Assembly (NCBI GenBank): GCA_018376135.1
Contig: JAHABX010000008.1
Coordinates: forward strand, 29,793 to 93,792
DNA: 64,000 bases
From: Clostridiales bacterium
GTDB taxonomy: Bacteria; Bacillota; Clostridia; Lachnospirales; Lachnospiraceae
Direction of reading: 5' to 3'
The position numbers and the translations under genes were made by a program. Below the pieces are notes generated by a model. The model was not told the DNA's origin. It saw only the letters and a list, made by a program, of their open reading frames with translations, and ran no database searches. Shown piece by piece: positions 9,602 to 20,201 of this stretch (its first letter is position 1; every line of letters starts with the position of its first letter).

Positions 9602-10417
9602 ATGATTCGATGGATCGCGGCAGGGATTGATATGAAACGGGATATGGAAAAGAGCCATGTGGGAGCTTTCGCTGCCCAGTCGGCTTATTTTATCATGCTT
9701 TCTTTCCTGCCGCTTACCATCATGCTCCTGACGCTGATTCAGTATACGGGTATCGGGAAGGCAGATCTGTACGGGCTGATTCAGAATCTTGTGCCCCTTG
9801 GATTCCAGAGCTGGCTGATCGGGATCATCAATGAGATGTACAGCCGTACGGCTGCCACCATATCTGTTTCGGCGCTGGTAACGGCATGGTCGGCAGGAAA
9901 GAGCTTTATGGCGCTGAATAAGGGGATGAATGCGATCTGCGGGGTGGAGAAGAACCCTAATTATATACTGATGCGTCTGAGGGGAGCTTTTTTTGCACTG
10001 ATATTTGTAGTGCTGCTTCTCATATCACTGGTATTGATCGTGTTCGGACATTCCATCCATGAACTGATCACCAGATATTTTCCGCTCATTGCGATCTTCA
10101 CAAGGGTGATCCTGTCCTTCCGGCTGGTACTGATGCTGGCATTGTTCATTCTGTTTTTTGCGGTTCTTTATCTGGTGCTTCCCAATAGAAAGGCAGGATT
10201 TGCAGAACAGCTTCCGGGTGCAGTATTTGCGGCAGTAGGATGGTATTTGTTTTCCTATGGTTTTTCCATCTATATTGAGTACAGCAATGCATTCAATATG
10301 TATGGAAGCCTGACTACATTGGTCCTGCTTATGTTCTGGCTGTATTTTGTCATGTACATTGTGCTGATCGGTATGGAGATCAATGAGTGGCTGTCCATGT
10401 ACGGAAAATTGGCTTGA
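9602..10417 (+). CDS. YihY/BrkB (virulence factor BrkB) family membrane protein
   Basis: Family-typical N-terminus (AFAAQSAYFIMLSFLPL), 6 TM segments, RBS GAGGGATGG. Confidence 0.7.
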   Translation: MIRWIAAGIDMKRDMEKSHVGAFAAQSAYFIMLSFLPLTIMLLTLIQYTGIGKADLYGLIQNLVPLGFQSWLIGIINEMYSRTAATISVSALVTAWSAGKSFMALNKGMNAICGVEKNPNYILMRLRGAFFALIFVVLLLISLVLIVFGHSIHELITRYFPLIAIFTRVILSFRLVLMLALFILFFAVLYLVLPNRKAGFAEQLPGAVFAAVGWYLFSYGFSIYIEYSNAFNMYGSLTTLVLLMFWLYFVMYIVLIGMEINEWLSMYGKLA

Positions 10418-10472
10418 CATTCCCGGAGCGTATGATATCATGAGCGTTAATAAGATGGAGTAGGGTACAGGC

Positions 10473-12236
10473 ATGATGATGAAAAAGAGAAGCAGAGTCC
10501 TGCTTTTACTGGCAGCTTCCCTGATGCTTTTGCTGGTGGCATTAGAAAGTCCTGAAAGGGCAGAGGCTATGGAGCAGATGGATGATATTATCCCTTCCCT
10601 GGAGGAAGCCTTCTGTGAGGGGGACCTGGAGCTGGAGCTGTCCAGCAGAGGGGAATATCCAATTTATTATACACTGGATGGGAGTATTCCCACCTTGGAC
10701 AGTATATTCTATGAAGGGGCAGTCACCCTGCCGGCTTCCGGGGAGGTTCAGTCCTGTGTCGTAAGGGCGCGTACTTATGATGAAAATACAGGAGTGTGGG
10801 GAGATCTGTTTACCCGCACTTATTTCTATGCCCGGGAGATGGAGACGATCCTGGATCGGTTCAATACCTATATTGTCTGCCTGACCAGCGATCCTTATAA
10901 TCTGTATGATTATGAGTATGGCATTATGGTGGAGGGAAAGATTCGGGATGAATACCGCGCCAGTGAGGAGTACATATCCGGCAAGCTGACCCAGCCTGCG
11001 AACTTTACCCAGGAAGGGCGTGAATGGGAGCGGGACGTATTTGTGGAGATCCTGTCCCCCAAGGGAGAGACCCTGGTTGCCCAGAATGCGGGGATGCGCA
11101 TATTCGGACATGCCAGCCGCCAGTATTATTACAAATCCTTCAAGCTGTATGCGAGAGAGGAATATGGACCGGAGAGCTTTGCCTATCCCTTCTTCCCGGA
11201 TAATATGCCCGGAGACGGGAACGAGGTACAGGAATCCTATGAACGTCTGGTGGTGCGTGCCCATGGTTTTGATAAAAGTGTGACCATGTTCCGGGAGGAG
11301 CTGTTCCAGCGTCTGTGCAGTCAGATTGAGGGGATCGATACCAAATCGGTTGCGCCGGCATCTGTCTGGCTGAATGGAGCTTATTACAATTTTGAATGGC
11401 TTCAGGAGGTGTATGATGACCGCTATATGGAGGAAAATTATGGTCTGCAGCAGATGAACGATTCCTATCGGACCGTGACGCTCAGGGCAGATCGGCCGAC
11501 GACCAGTGTACCGCCGGGATCAGAAGAGGAAGTGATCAAATTTACCGGGACAGGAGGAGAAGAGGCAGAGGTTCAGATCTCGGATCCGGAGGATGTACAG
11601 GCAGCCAGTGATTATGAACGGGTGGCAGCGTATGCCGAGAAGAATCTGACGGATGACAGAGTATTTGAAGAACTGTGCGGGCTGGTGGATTTGGAAAACA
11701 TGCTGCAGTATTTTGCGGTGGAGACTTATATCGGCAACTGGGACTGGCCGCTGAATAATGTAAAGCTGTACCGTTATTATTCATCGTCGAATACATATGG
11801 GGAAGACCGGCAGGACGGAAGGTGGAGATATCTCTATTATGATATGGAGGCCGGTTTTAATATCTTTAACGAACCGGAGGAAGAATGGCTGTCCATTGAG
11901 CAGGTTATGGAAGAAAGTTCTTTGTTTGGCGCGGTCATGAAGCGAGAGGATATGCAGAAGCGGTTTGTCTATTATCTCAGCCTGTGTGCCAATGAGTATT
12001 TTACAGAAGAGAAGGTCCGGGCAGCCGTAGAACAGCTCCGGTCCGAACGGGATCAGGAGTTATCCGCCAGCCTTTCATATAAACAGAGTATTGACGAGAC
12101 CTATACCCTGAATATGGATGAGGTGAATGAAAATATCCTGAGGATCTATGAATTTGTGGAGAAGCGTCCACAGATCATAAAGGATGAAGTACAGGCGCTG
12201 TTCGGAATGGATATGGCGCTGACAGAAGACAGATGA
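10473..12236 (+). CDS. secreted CotH family protein with an N-terminal chitobiase/hexosaminidase C-terminal-like (Fn3-like) domain
   Basis: Signal peptide. [11 protein letters not shown] motif of the CHB_HEX_C domain. The rest resembles CotH kinase-like spore coat proteins (GNWDWPLNN). Confidence 0.6.
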   Translation: MMMKKRSRVLLLLAASLMLLLVALESPERAEAMEQMDDIIPSLEEAFCEGDLELELSSRGEYPIYYTLDGSIPTLDSIFYEGAVTLPASGEVQSCVVRARTYDENTGVWGDLFTRTYFYAREMETILDRFNTYIVCLTSDPYNLYDYEYGIMVEGKIRDEYRASEEYISGKLTQPANFTQEGREWERDVFVEILSPKGETLVAQNAGMRIFGHASRQYYYKSFKLYAREEYGPESFAYPFFPDNMPGDGNEVQESYERLVVRAHGFDKSVTMFREELFQRLCSQIEGIDTKSVAPASVWLNGAYYNFEWLQEVYDDRYMEENYGLQQMNDSYRTVTLRADRPTTSVPPGSEEEVIKFTGTGGEEAEVQISDPEDVQAASDYERVAAYAEKNLTDDRVFEELCGLVDLENMLQYFAVETYIGNWDWPLNNVKLYRYYSSSNTYGEDRQDGRWRYLYYDMEAGFNIFNEPEEEWLSIEQVMEESSLFGAVMKREDMQKRFVYYLSLCANEYFTEEKVRAAVEQLRSERDQELSASLSYKQSIDETYTLNMDEVNENILRIYEFVEKRPQIIKDEVQALFGMDMALTEDR

Positions 12237-12256
12237 CAGGAGAATCGAGGAATTAC

Positions 12257-13285
12257 ATGAATTTACATGATTTTTATTATGAACTGCCCCAGGGGCTGAT
12301 CGCGCAGGATCCGCTGGAGGATCGTTCCAGTTCCAGACTTTTGCTTTTGAATAAAGAGACCGGGGAAGTAGAACACCATATATTTAAGGAAATTATCAAT
12401 TATCTTCAGCCGGGAGACTGCCTTGTGGTGAATAATACGAAGGTCATTCCGGCGCGCCTGATCGGAAGTAAGGTGGGAACGGATGCGAAGATAGAGGTGC
12501 TGCTTCTGAAGCGGAAGGAAGATCAGGTATGGGAGACGCTGGTGAAGCCGGGTAAGAAAGCAAAGCCGGGAACAAAGATCAGCTTTGGTGATGGTCTGCT
12601 GACAGGTGAGGTTCTGGATGTGGTGGAGGAGGGCAACCGTCTGATCCGATTCAGCTATGAAGGGATCTTTGAGGAGATCCTGGACCAGCTGGGACAGATG
12701 CCGCTGCCGCCGTATATTACCCATCAGCTGCAGGATAAGAACCGCTATCAGACCGTGTACGCAAAGCATGACGGCTCTGCAGCGGCACCGACCGCAGGTC
12801 TGCATTTTACGCCGGAGCTTTTGCAGGAGATCCGTGATAAGGGAGTGAAGATCGCCCATGTGACTCTTCATGTGGGACTTGGAACCTTCCGTCCGGTGAA
12901 GGTGGAAAATATCATGGAGCATCATATGCACTCGGAGTTTTATGTGGTGGAAGAGGATCAGGCAGAACTGATCAACGCCACGAAGGCTCAGGGGGGACGG
13001 GTGATCGCGGTGGGCACCACCAGCTGCCGTACGCTGGAATCCGCATCCGGAGAGGATGGTATTTTAAGAGCCGGAAGCGGCTGGACAGATATCTTTATCT
13101 ATCCTGGCTATGATTTTAAGCTGATCGACTGTCTGATCACCAATTTCCATCTGCCGGAATCCACACTTATGATGCTGGTATCCGCACTGGCAGGAAGAGA
13201 CCGGATTATGGCTGCCTATGAGGAGGCTGTGAAGGAACGGTACCGGTTCTTCAGTTTTGGAGATGCCATGTTTATTTTTAAATAA
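12257..13285 (+). CDS. queA: S-adenosylmethionine:tRNA ribosyltransferase-isomerase
   Basis: [29 protein letters not shown] is a QueA hallmark. The start at M9 of the tracked ORF has RBS GAGGAA. Confidence 0.9.
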   Translation: MNLHDFYYELPQGLIAQDPLEDRSSSRLLLLNKETGEVEHHIFKEIINYLQPGDCLVVNNTKVIPARLIGSKVGTDAKIEVLLLKRKEDQVWETLVKPGKKAKPGTKISFGDGLLTGEVLDVVEEGNRLIRFSYEGIFEEILDQLGQMPLPPYITHQLQDKNRYQTVYAKHDGSAAAPTAGLHFTPELLQEIRDKGVKIAHVTLHVGLGTFRPVKVENIMEHHMHSEFYVVEEDQAELINATKAQGGRVIAVGTTSCRTLESASGEDGILRAGSGWTDIFIYPGYDFKLIDCLITNFHLPESTLMMLVSALAGRDRIMAAYEEAVKERYRFFSFGDAMFIFK

Positions 13286-13309
13286 ATATACCGGTTATCG
13301 GAAGGAAAA

Positions 13310-13352
13310 AAGGACTGTCTTACCCGACGGGGTATGGGACGGTCCTTTCTTT
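13310..13352. terminator. bidirectional terminator between the convergent queA and udk genes
   Basis: GGACTGTC...GACGGTCC imperfect inverted repeat flanked by A/T runs. Confidence 0.45.
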
Positions 13353-13368
13353 CTTCTGATATGAAGTT

Positions 13369-13980
13369 CTATGATTCAAGCAAAAGCCGTATCTTAGACT
13401 GCACAACATCGAAGGCAACATCATTCATACCGCTGTTGATGACAATATCTGCCATAGCACGGGTCGGCTCTACATAGAGATAGTGCATGGGCTTTACGGT
13501 GGTAAGATACTGCTCCATAATGTTATCCAGATCGCGTCCCCGTTCCTTTACGTCTCTGACGATCCTTCGCAGGATACGTTCGTCCGCATCGGCTTCCACG
13601 TAGATTTTAATGTCGATCAGATTCCGTACGCGGGGGTCGGACAGAAGGAGGATCCCTTCTGCCAGAATGATCCTTTTGGGCTCAATGTGGAGTGTCCGGT
13701 CGGAGCGGTTATGCTCGGTGTAGTCATAGACCGGGCAGTCGATGGGGCTTCCTTCTTTCAGAAGCTTCAGGTGCCGGAGCATCAGATCTGTCTCCAGAGA
13801 ATCCGGGTGGTCATAATTGACCTTTTTCCGCTCCTCGAAGGGAACGGTATCCTGTCTGCGATAATAGTTGTCGTGATAGATAACGGCCACATCATCCTTA
13901 AACTGTTCTTTCAGCCGGTTGGTAAAGGTGGATTTGCCGGAACCGGTTCCGCCGGCAATCCCAATAATGATACAATTCAT
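13369..13980 (-). CDS. udk: uridine kinase
   Basis: P-loop IIGIAGGTGSGKST and Udk-family conservation. 203 aa. Confidence 0.9.
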   Translation of the reverse strand: MNCIIIGIAGGTGSGKSTFTNRLKEQFKDDVAVIYHDNYYRRQDTVPFEERKKVNYDHPDSLETDLMLRHLKLLKEGSPIDCPVYDYTEHNRSDRTLHIEPKRIILAEGILLLSDPRVRNLIDIKIYVEADADERILRRIVRDVKERGRDLDNIMEQYLTTVKPMHYLYVEPTRAMADIVINSGMNDVAFDVVQSKIRLLLES

Positions 13981-14164
13981 ATCCAGTCCTTTCCGTTCAG
14001 TTTTTTATATGTATTTGTTATTATTTTACACTGTTTTTACATGGATTTCCAGAAAAAACTGCAGTTCTCTGATCATGAAAAATTTTCCCGCAACGCTCAT
14101 ATTCAGACTTTGTTGAGATATCTGCCGGACTGCTAAGGCACCGCAAAGAAAGCTTTTGCGGCAT

Positions 14165-14191
14165 TGACTTCTGATGAAAAAAATTTATAAT
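14165..14191 (+). promoter_or_regulatory. sigma-A-like promoter
   Basis: TTGACT, a 15-16-nt spacer, then TATAAT, upstream of the HPr-like gene. Confidence 0.45.
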
Positions 14192-14241
14192 ATGGATCAG
14201 AAATATGATAAAAAATGTCAGAGAAAGGGAGAGTTTTGGAT

Positions 14242-14463
14242 ATGATGGAAGTACAGATCAAGCTGCCGCCCCATTATGTAGGTGAATTTGTAAAGAAAAC
14301 ACAGAAGTGTGATTTTCACATTGACGTGGTCTACAATCGTCTGGAGATCGACGGAAAGTCTCTGCTTGGCATGCTGAGTCTGGATCTGAATAAGATCCTG
14401 AATGTAAAGCTGGGAGGACATGATCAGGAGCTGGAAGAGTTTCTGAGCGGTCTGGCGGTATAG
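14242..14463 (+). CDS. HPr-family phosphocarrier-like small protein
   Basis: GKSLLGMLSL aligns with the HPr KSIMGVMSL (Ser46 region). A His aligns with His15, but Arg17 is replaced. 73 aa. Confidence 0.45.
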   Translation: MMEVQIKLPPHYVGEFVKKTQKCDFHIDVVYNRLEIDGKSLLGMLSLDLNKILNVKLGGHDQELEEFLSGLAV

Positions 14464-14487
14464 ATAAGAAAAGAGATAAAGCGAATG

Positions 14488-14532
14488 CCCCTAAAACAGA
14501 TGATCGTCCGTGTTTTAGGGGCATCTTTGTGT
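14488..14532. terminator. bidirectional terminator
   Basis: GCCCCTAAAACA...TGTTTTAGGGGC perfect inverted repeat. Confidence 0.65.
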
Positions 14533-14540
14533 GTATTCCG

Positions 14541-15845
14541 TTACATTAACTGCTGCAGATCCTCGTAGAAACGCGGATAGCTGATCTGTACACAGTCGGC
14601 ATCTGTAATCTCTGTCCGTCCATCAGCGGCAAGAGCGGTCACGGCAAAGGTCATGGCGATGCGGTGATCCAGCCGGCTGTCAATGACAGCACCATGAAGT
14701 GGATGTCCTCCTTCGATGATCATTCCGTCGCTGGCAGCAGTGATGTGTGCACCCATGGCACTCAGATTCCGGACCATTACGTCAATGCGGTTGGATTCCT
14801 TTACCTTCAGCTCCTGTGCGTCCTTTATGACAGTGGTTCCTTCTGCGAAGCAGGCGAGGGCAGCCACCACCGGCAGCTCATCGATGAGAGTTGGGATGAT
14901 CGCACCGCCTACGGAAGTTCCGTGCAGACTGCTGTGTCTGACCAGAAGATCCGCAGTCGGTTCTCCATTTTCCCTGTTTTCGTTCAGCATGGTAATATCA
15001 GCGCCCATGGCATGACATACTCGAAGAAGTCCGTCACGGGTGGGGTTGATCCCTACATTCCGAATCAGGATCTCAGAGCCGGGAACAATCAGTCCGGCAG
15101 CGATGAAGTAAGCAGCGGAAGAAATGTCTCCGGGAACACAGATCTCCTGGGCGTGAAGAGTCGGATCGGGCAGGATCGTGGCGGTCGTTCCCTTACTGGT
15201 TACCTGAGCGCCGAAATGCTCCAGCAGGATCTCGGAATGATTCCGGGACAGACAGGGCTCCGTCACGCTGGTGGGGCTGTCTGCATAGAGTCCCGCCAGA
15301 AGGAGGCAGGATTTGACCTGCGCGGAGGCTACCTTGGATGTATAGTGGATCCCGTGAAGGGGTGCCCCCTGGATACGCAGAGGTGCACAGCCGTTATTTT
15401 GGAGGCTCTCGATCTGTGCGCCCATAAGAGCGAGGGGATCCATGATCCGTTTCATAGGACGGGACTGGATGGAGGCATCTCCATTCAACTCTGTGGTGAA
15501 CGCCTGTCCGGCAAGAATACCACAGATCAGCCGGGTCGTTGTTCCGCTGTTCCCTACATCCAGGCAGGAGTGGGGAGCTTTAAGTCCGTGCAGACCCTTT
15601 CCGTGGATCAGGATCTCGTCCGGATGGTTCTCAATCTCAATTCCCAGGTTCCTGAAACAGTTTATGGTGGACAGGCAGTCTGCTCCCTGAAGAAAATTAG
15701 TGACCCGTGTAGTGCCCTCTGCCAGGGCTCCAAACATAATGGACCGGTGGGAGATGCTCTTGTCACCCGGAACCGTGACCGTTCCTTTTAATGCATTTGC
15801 TCTTGTAAATTCCATATGTAGACTCCTATCGTTCATAGATAACAT
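14541..15845 (-). CDS. aroA: 3-phosphoshikimate 1-carboxyvinyltransferase (EPSP synthase)
   Basis: LKGTVTVPGDKSISHRS and the EPSPS fold motifs. 434 aa. Confidence 0.9.
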   Translation of the reverse strand: MLSMNDRSLHMEFTRANALKGTVTVPGDKSISHRSIMFGALAEGTTRVTNFLQGADCLSTINCFRNLGIEIENHPDEILIHGKGLHGLKAPHSCLDVGNSGTTTRLICGILAGQAFTTELNGDASIQSRPMKRIMDPLALMGAQIESLQNNGCAPLRIQGAPLHGIHYTSKVASAQVKSCLLLAGLYADSPTSVTEPCLSRNHSEILLEHFGAQVTSKGTTATILPDPTLHAQEICVPGDISSAAYFIAAGLIVPGSEILIRNVGINPTRDGLLRVCHAMGADITMLNENRENGEPTADLLVRHSSLHGTSVGGAIIPTLIDELPVVAALACFAEGTTVIKDAQELKVKESNRIDVMVRNLSAMGAHITAASDGMIIEGGHPLHGAVIDSRLDHRIAMTFAVTALAADGRTEITDADCVQISYPRFYEDLQQLM

Positions 15846-16914
15846 AGCGGTATCTTCTCAGCAGCTCACATGCCTGCTTTAAGGACTGTTCATCGTAAAA
15901 CTCGATGCGCAGTACCGCTTCGATAAATTCACGGCTGTGTACAATGCCGATATTCTTCAGGCTGATCTGGTTGCTTGCCAGGATCGTGGCAAGGGTAGCG
16001 ATTCCTCCGACCTCATCCACCATATCACAGTAAATCTCAAATACTCTCTGAATGGGACCGCTTCCTTTGACCGGAAGACTGTTCCGGTAATCCCGGGAGG
16101 TCTCGAATAACTGATGGATCGCTCCTGCCTGGGCAGCATCCAGCTGCTGTCTGATGGCGGTCAGAGAGCGGATGTAATCCTTCAGGATCGAAGAGATGTT
16201 TTCTCTGTTTGTCATGCAGATCTGTTCCCACATTTCCGGAGACGAGGAGGCGATCCTTGTAATATCCTTGAAACCTCCTGCGGCAACCATTTTCATAATA
16301 CCGTCCTCCGTATCAGAATCCCGCACCAGATTCACAAGAGAAGAAGCAATGATATGGGGCAGATGACTGATTCCTGCGGTCACATAGTCGTGAATGCGGT
16401 AATCAAGGACCAGCGGCAGCGCTTTTAAGCTTTTCACGAAATCCCGGTAGCGTTCCACCTCTTCTTTTGGAACCTTTTCTGTAGGAGTGATGACGTAATA
16501 AGCATTCTCAATAAGGATCCGCTTGGAATTGGCGTATCCGGTCTTCTCGGAACCTGCCATGGGGTGTCCGCCGATGAAATGTTCCTCCATATCCAGCTCT
16601 CTGACTTTTGCATGGATGTCACACTTGGTACTGCCCACATCCGTAATGATGCAGGAGGAGTGGATCAGGGGCTTGAGCTGTGCCAGATATTCTGCATTGC
16701 TGGCGACAGGGGCGCACAGGAAAATGTAGTCGCAGTCTGCGAAATTATCATCCACCTGTTCGACCGCCCGGTCTACGATCCGGTCCAGAACTGCCTGTTC
16801 CACAGTGGCGCGGGTGCGGGAATAAGCGATGATCTCGGTGTCAGAATAAAAATAACGGATTGCTCTGGCAATGGAACCGCCGATCAGACCCAATCCGATA
16901 AAGCCAATCTTCAT
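15826..16914 (-). CDS. tyrA: prephenate dehydrogenase with a C-terminal ACT domain
   Basis: N-terminal Rossmann motif MKIGFIGLGLIGGS, then PDH-family conservation. Overlaps aroA by 20 nt, suggesting an operon. Confidence 0.85.
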   Translation of the reverse strand: MKIGFIGLGLIGGSIARAIRYFYSDTEIIAYSRTRATVEQAVLDRIVDRAVEQVDDNFADCDYIFLCAPVASNAEYLAQLKPLIHSSCIITDVGSTKCDIHAKVRELDMEEHFIGGHPMAGSEKTGYANSKRILIENAYYVITPTEKVPKEEVERYRDFVKSLKALPLVLDYRIHDYVTAGISHLPHIIASSLVNLVRDSDTEDGIMKMVAAGGFKDITRIASSSPEMWEQICMTNRENISSILKDYIRSLTAIRQQLDAAQAGAIHQLFETSRDYRNSLPVKGSGPIQRVFEIYCDMVDEVGGIATLATILASNQISLKNIGIVHSREFIEAVLRIEFYDEQSLKQACELLRRYRYVIYER

Positions 16915-17072
16915 GAATGTTCTCCTTTAGCACGTTAATGTTGTAAGTATATCACATCCTGATGAAAATGGAAAGTGTGTATGAAATCTTTACAAATGTG
17001 CGCCGGGATAGTAAAATATATGGAAAACGTTCAGAATCATGTAAAATATTGAAGACAGAAGAGGGAAAAGAC

Positions 17073-17495
17073 ATGCTAAAACAAGTATCCATATTTACCC
17101 AGAACAACAGAGGCGCTATGCAGAGAATTACGGAACTGCTGCAGAGAGAGCAGATCAATATCCTTGGCTCCGTTACCAATGACAGCCCGGAGTACGGCAT
17201 TGTCCGTATGGTGGTATCCCATCCGGTGAAGGCGGCGGCAATGCTTAAAGAGGAAGGCTATCAGTGCAGTCTGACGGATGTCATCGGCGCAGAGGTGGCA
17301 GATGAGGTGGGAAACCTGAATCGGCTCCTGCTGGCGCTGTCAGAGAGCAACATCAATGTCAGCTATCTCTATCTGTCCTTTAACCGTGTGTCCGGGAAGC
17401 CGATCATGGTGTTCCACTGCGAGGATATTGAGGAAGTAGAGGAATGTCTGAAGGCAAAGGGATTTCAGGTGACCGATACAGAAGAGACGGTATAA
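17073..17495 (+). CDS. ACT domain-containing protein
   Basis: The two ACT-like halves are QVSIFTQNNRGAMQRITELL and GIVRMVV. The start at M38 of the tracked ORF follows GAAGAGGGAAAAG. Confidence 0.55.
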   Translation: MLKQVSIFTQNNRGAMQRITELLQREQINILGSVTNDSPEYGIVRMVVSHPVKAAAMLKEEGYQCSLTDVIGAEVADEVGNLNRLLLALSESNINVSYLYLSFNRVSGKPIMVFHCEDIEEVEECLKAKGFQVTDTEETV

Positions 17496-17505
17496 TTGAC
17501 AAACC

Positions 17506-17535
17506 CTGTCTATTATATTACAATGAAATAATTGT
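17506..17535 (+). promoter_or_regulatory. sigma-A-like promoter for leuS (no T-box)
   Basis: TTGACA, a 17-nt spacer, then TACAAT. The leader is only ~50 nt long. Confidence 0.45.
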
Positions 17536-17584
17536 GAAGATTTCCGTTATATTACGATAAGTCACCAACAGGAGGAATTATGAA

Positions 17585-19987
17585 ATGAAACACAATTTCC
17601 GGAAAATAGAAGGAAAGTGGCAGCAGAAATGGGAAGATGCCAGAATCTTCAATGCTGTTGACGGAAGTGAGAAGCCGAAGTTCTACGGACTGGTTGAGTT
17701 CCCGTATCCAAGCGGAGCCGGCATGCACGTAGGTCATATTAAGGCTTACTCCAGTCTGGAGGTTATTTCCAGAAAGAGAAGGATGGAGGGATACAACGTA
17801 CTGTTCCCCATCGGATTCGATGCGTTCGGACTGCCGACGGAGAATTATGCGATCAAGACAGGAACCCATCCGCGTAAGATCACAGACGACAATATTGAAA
17901 AATTTACAAATCAGCTGAAGAAGGTCGGATTTTCCTTTGACTGGGATCGTGTCATTGATACGACAGATGAAGATTATTATAAATGGACCCAGTGGATTTT
18001 CCTGAAGCTGTTTGAAAAGGGACTGGTATTCCGCAACAAGGCACTGGTCAACTACTGTCCGTCCTGTAAGGTTGTATTGTCCAATGAGGACAGTCAGGGC
18101 GGAAAGTGTGATATCTGCCACAGCGATGTGATTCAGAAGTCCAAGGACGTATGGTATCTGAAGATCACGGAGTATGCAGATAAGCTTCTGGAGGGTCTGG
18201 ATCACGTGGATTATCCTGCCAATGTAAAGCAGCAGCAGGTAAACTGGATCGGCAAATCCACCGGTGCCTTTGTGAATTTCACACTGGATGGCATTGAGGA
18301 GAAGCTGGAGATCTATACCACCAGACCGGATACGCTGTTTGGAGTGACCTTTATGGTCATGGCTCCGGAGCATCCGCTGATTGATCAGTATGCGGACCGC
18401 ATCGGAAATATGGATGCGATCAGAGACTATCGTACGGAATGTGCAAAGAAGACAGAGTTCGAGCGTACCCAGCTTGTAAAGGATAAGACAGGTGTCCGGA
18501 TCGAGGGGATCGAAGCGGTCAATCCGGTGAACGGCAAGAAGATTCCGATCTTTATTGCAGATTACGTTATGATGGGATATGGTACCGGTGCGATCATGGC
18601 AGTACCGGCACATGATGAGCGTGATTATGATTTTGCCAGAAAATTCGGTATTGATATCATAGAGGTCATCAAGGGCGGCAACATCGAAGAAGCTGCCTAT
18701 GCAGGAGACGGTGAGATGGTGAATTCCGATTTCCTGAACGGCTATACCAACAAAAAAGAATCTATTCAGCGTATGCTGGAGGAGATCGAGAAGATGGGCA
18801 TCGGACATGCCGGTGTACAGTTCAAGATGAAGGACTGGGCTTTCAATCGTCAGAGATACTGGGGAGAGCCGATTCCGATCGTACATTGTCCGCATTGCGG
18901 CGTAGTTCCGCTTCCTTATGAGGATCTGCCGCTTCGCCTTCCGAAGGTGGAGAATTTTGAGCCGGGTGAGGAGGGAGAATCCCCGCTGGCAAAGATCGAG
19001 TCCTTTGTGAACTGTACCTGCCCCAAGTGCGGTGCCAAAGCAAGACGTGAGACGGATACCATGCCTCAGTGGGCAGGCTCCTCCTGGTACTTTTTAAGAT
19101 ATGTGGATCCGCACAATGACAAAGCGCTGGCTGATCCGGAGAAGCTTAATTACTGGATGCCGGTGGACTGGTACAACGGAGGTATGGAGCATGTGACCAG
19201 ACATGTGATCTATTCCCGTTTCTGGCATCATTTCCTCTATGACCAGGGAATTGTCAATACGCCGGAGCCTTATGCAAAACGTTCCATTCAGGGACTGATC
19301 CTTGGACCGGACGGAGACAAGATGAGCAAATCCAAAGGAAATGTAGTTGACCCGCTGGATATCGTGGAGGCATATGGTGCAGATACTCTTCGTACTTATG
19401 TGCTGTTCATGGGCGATTATGGCGCAGCAACTCCGTGGAGCGATAATTCCGTGAAGGGCTGCAAGCGTTTCCTGGAGAGAGTATCCGGCTTTACGGATAT
19501 GATTTCCGAGTCTGAAGAGACCTCCAAACTGGAGACGCCTCTTCATAAGACGATCAAGAAGGTAAGCTCTGACATTGAGGATATGAAGTTCAACACTGCT
19601 ATCGCATGCCTGATGTCCTTTACTAATGAGGTTTATGCTGTGGGCAGTATCAGTAAGGAACAGCTTCAGATCTTTGCAAAGCTGCTCTGCCCCTTCGCAC
19701 CGCATCTGTGTGAGGAGATCTGGGAGATGACCGGAGGAGAGGGATTCCTTTCTCTGGCGGCATGGCCCAAATACGACGAGAGCAAGACGGTTGATGCACA
19801 GACGGAGATTGGCGTGCAGATCAACGGAAAGCTCCGCGGAACCGTTGTGATCCCGACCGGAGCCGAGAAGGAGGAAGTGTTCGCCATTGCGAAGGCAGAT
19901 TCCAGAATTGCTTCTCTGGTAGAGGGCAAGACCTTTGTAAAAGAGATCTATGTTCCGAACAGGGTGATCAACTTTGTTGTAAAATAA
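17585..19987 (+). CDS. leuS: leucine--tRNA ligase
   Basis: HIGH motif (PYPSGAGMHVGH), KMSKS motif, 800 aa. Confidence 0.95.
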   Translation: MKHNFRKIEGKWQQKWEDARIFNAVDGSEKPKFYGLVEFPYPSGAGMHVGHIKAYSSLEVISRKRRMEGYNVLFPIGFDAFGLPTENYAIKTGTHPRKITDDNIEKFTNQLKKVGFSFDWDRVIDTTDEDYYKWTQWIFLKLFEKGLVFRNKALVNYCPSCKVVLSNEDSQGGKCDICHSDVIQKSKDVWYLKITEYADKLLEGLDHVDYPANVKQQQVNWIGKSTGAFVNFTLDGIEEKLEIYTTRPDTLFGVTFMVMAPEHPLIDQYADRIGNMDAIRDYRTECAKKTEFERTQLVKDKTGVRIEGIEAVNPVNGKKIPIFIADYVMMGYGTGAIMAVPAHDERDYDFARKFGIDIIEVIKGGNIEEAAYAGDGEMVNSDFLNGYTNKKESIQRMLEEIEKMGIGHAGVQFKMKDWAFNRQRYWGEPIPIVHCPHCGVVPLPYEDLPLRLPKVENFEPGEEGESPLAKIESFVNCTCPKCGAKARRETDTMPQWAGSSWYFLRYVDPHNDKALADPEKLNYWMPVDWYNGGMEHVTRHVIYSRFWHHFLYDQGIVNTPEPYAKRSIQGLILGPDGDKMSKSKGNVVDPLDIVEAYGADTLRTYVLFMGDYGAATPWSDNSVKGCKRFLERVSGFTDMISESEETSKLETPLHKTIKKVSSDIEDMKFNTAIACLMSFTNEVYAVGSISKEQLQIFAKLLCPFAPHLCEEIWEMTGGEGFLSLAAWPKYDESKTVDAQTEIGVQINGKLRGTVVIPTGAEKEEVFAIAKADSRIASLVEGKTFVKEIYVPNRVINFVVK

Positions 19988-19989
19988 GA

Positions 19990-20040
19990 GGTTTTAGAAG
20001 AGATACGAGTCTTTCAAAGACTTGTATCTCTTTTTTTTCG
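19990..20040 (+). terminator. rho-independent terminator
   Basis: GAGATACGAGTCTTTCAAAGACTTGTATCTC followed by T8. Confidence 0.7.
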
Positions 20041-20201
20041 TGCAGGTGAGAAAAATTATGCAAATTCTCTAAAAACCTTGCTATTTTCTGATTGTTTTAG
20101 TATAATTCTGACATAAGGGTGATTTGGAAGGTTTCACCCCCATGTAAACGTGCTGCAGCCTGGGAACTGCAGGATGACTAAATATATTGGAGGAGATTAC
20201 T

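Noticed and set aside
10542-11264. 240-aa minus-strand ORF inside the CotH gene.
   Set aside because: It is antisense to a gene with signal peptide and conserved domains, and it has no RBS.
14664-15791. 375-aa ORF antisense to aroA.
   Set aside because: The aroA assignment is unambiguous on the other strand. This frame is an antisense artefact, expected at this GC content.
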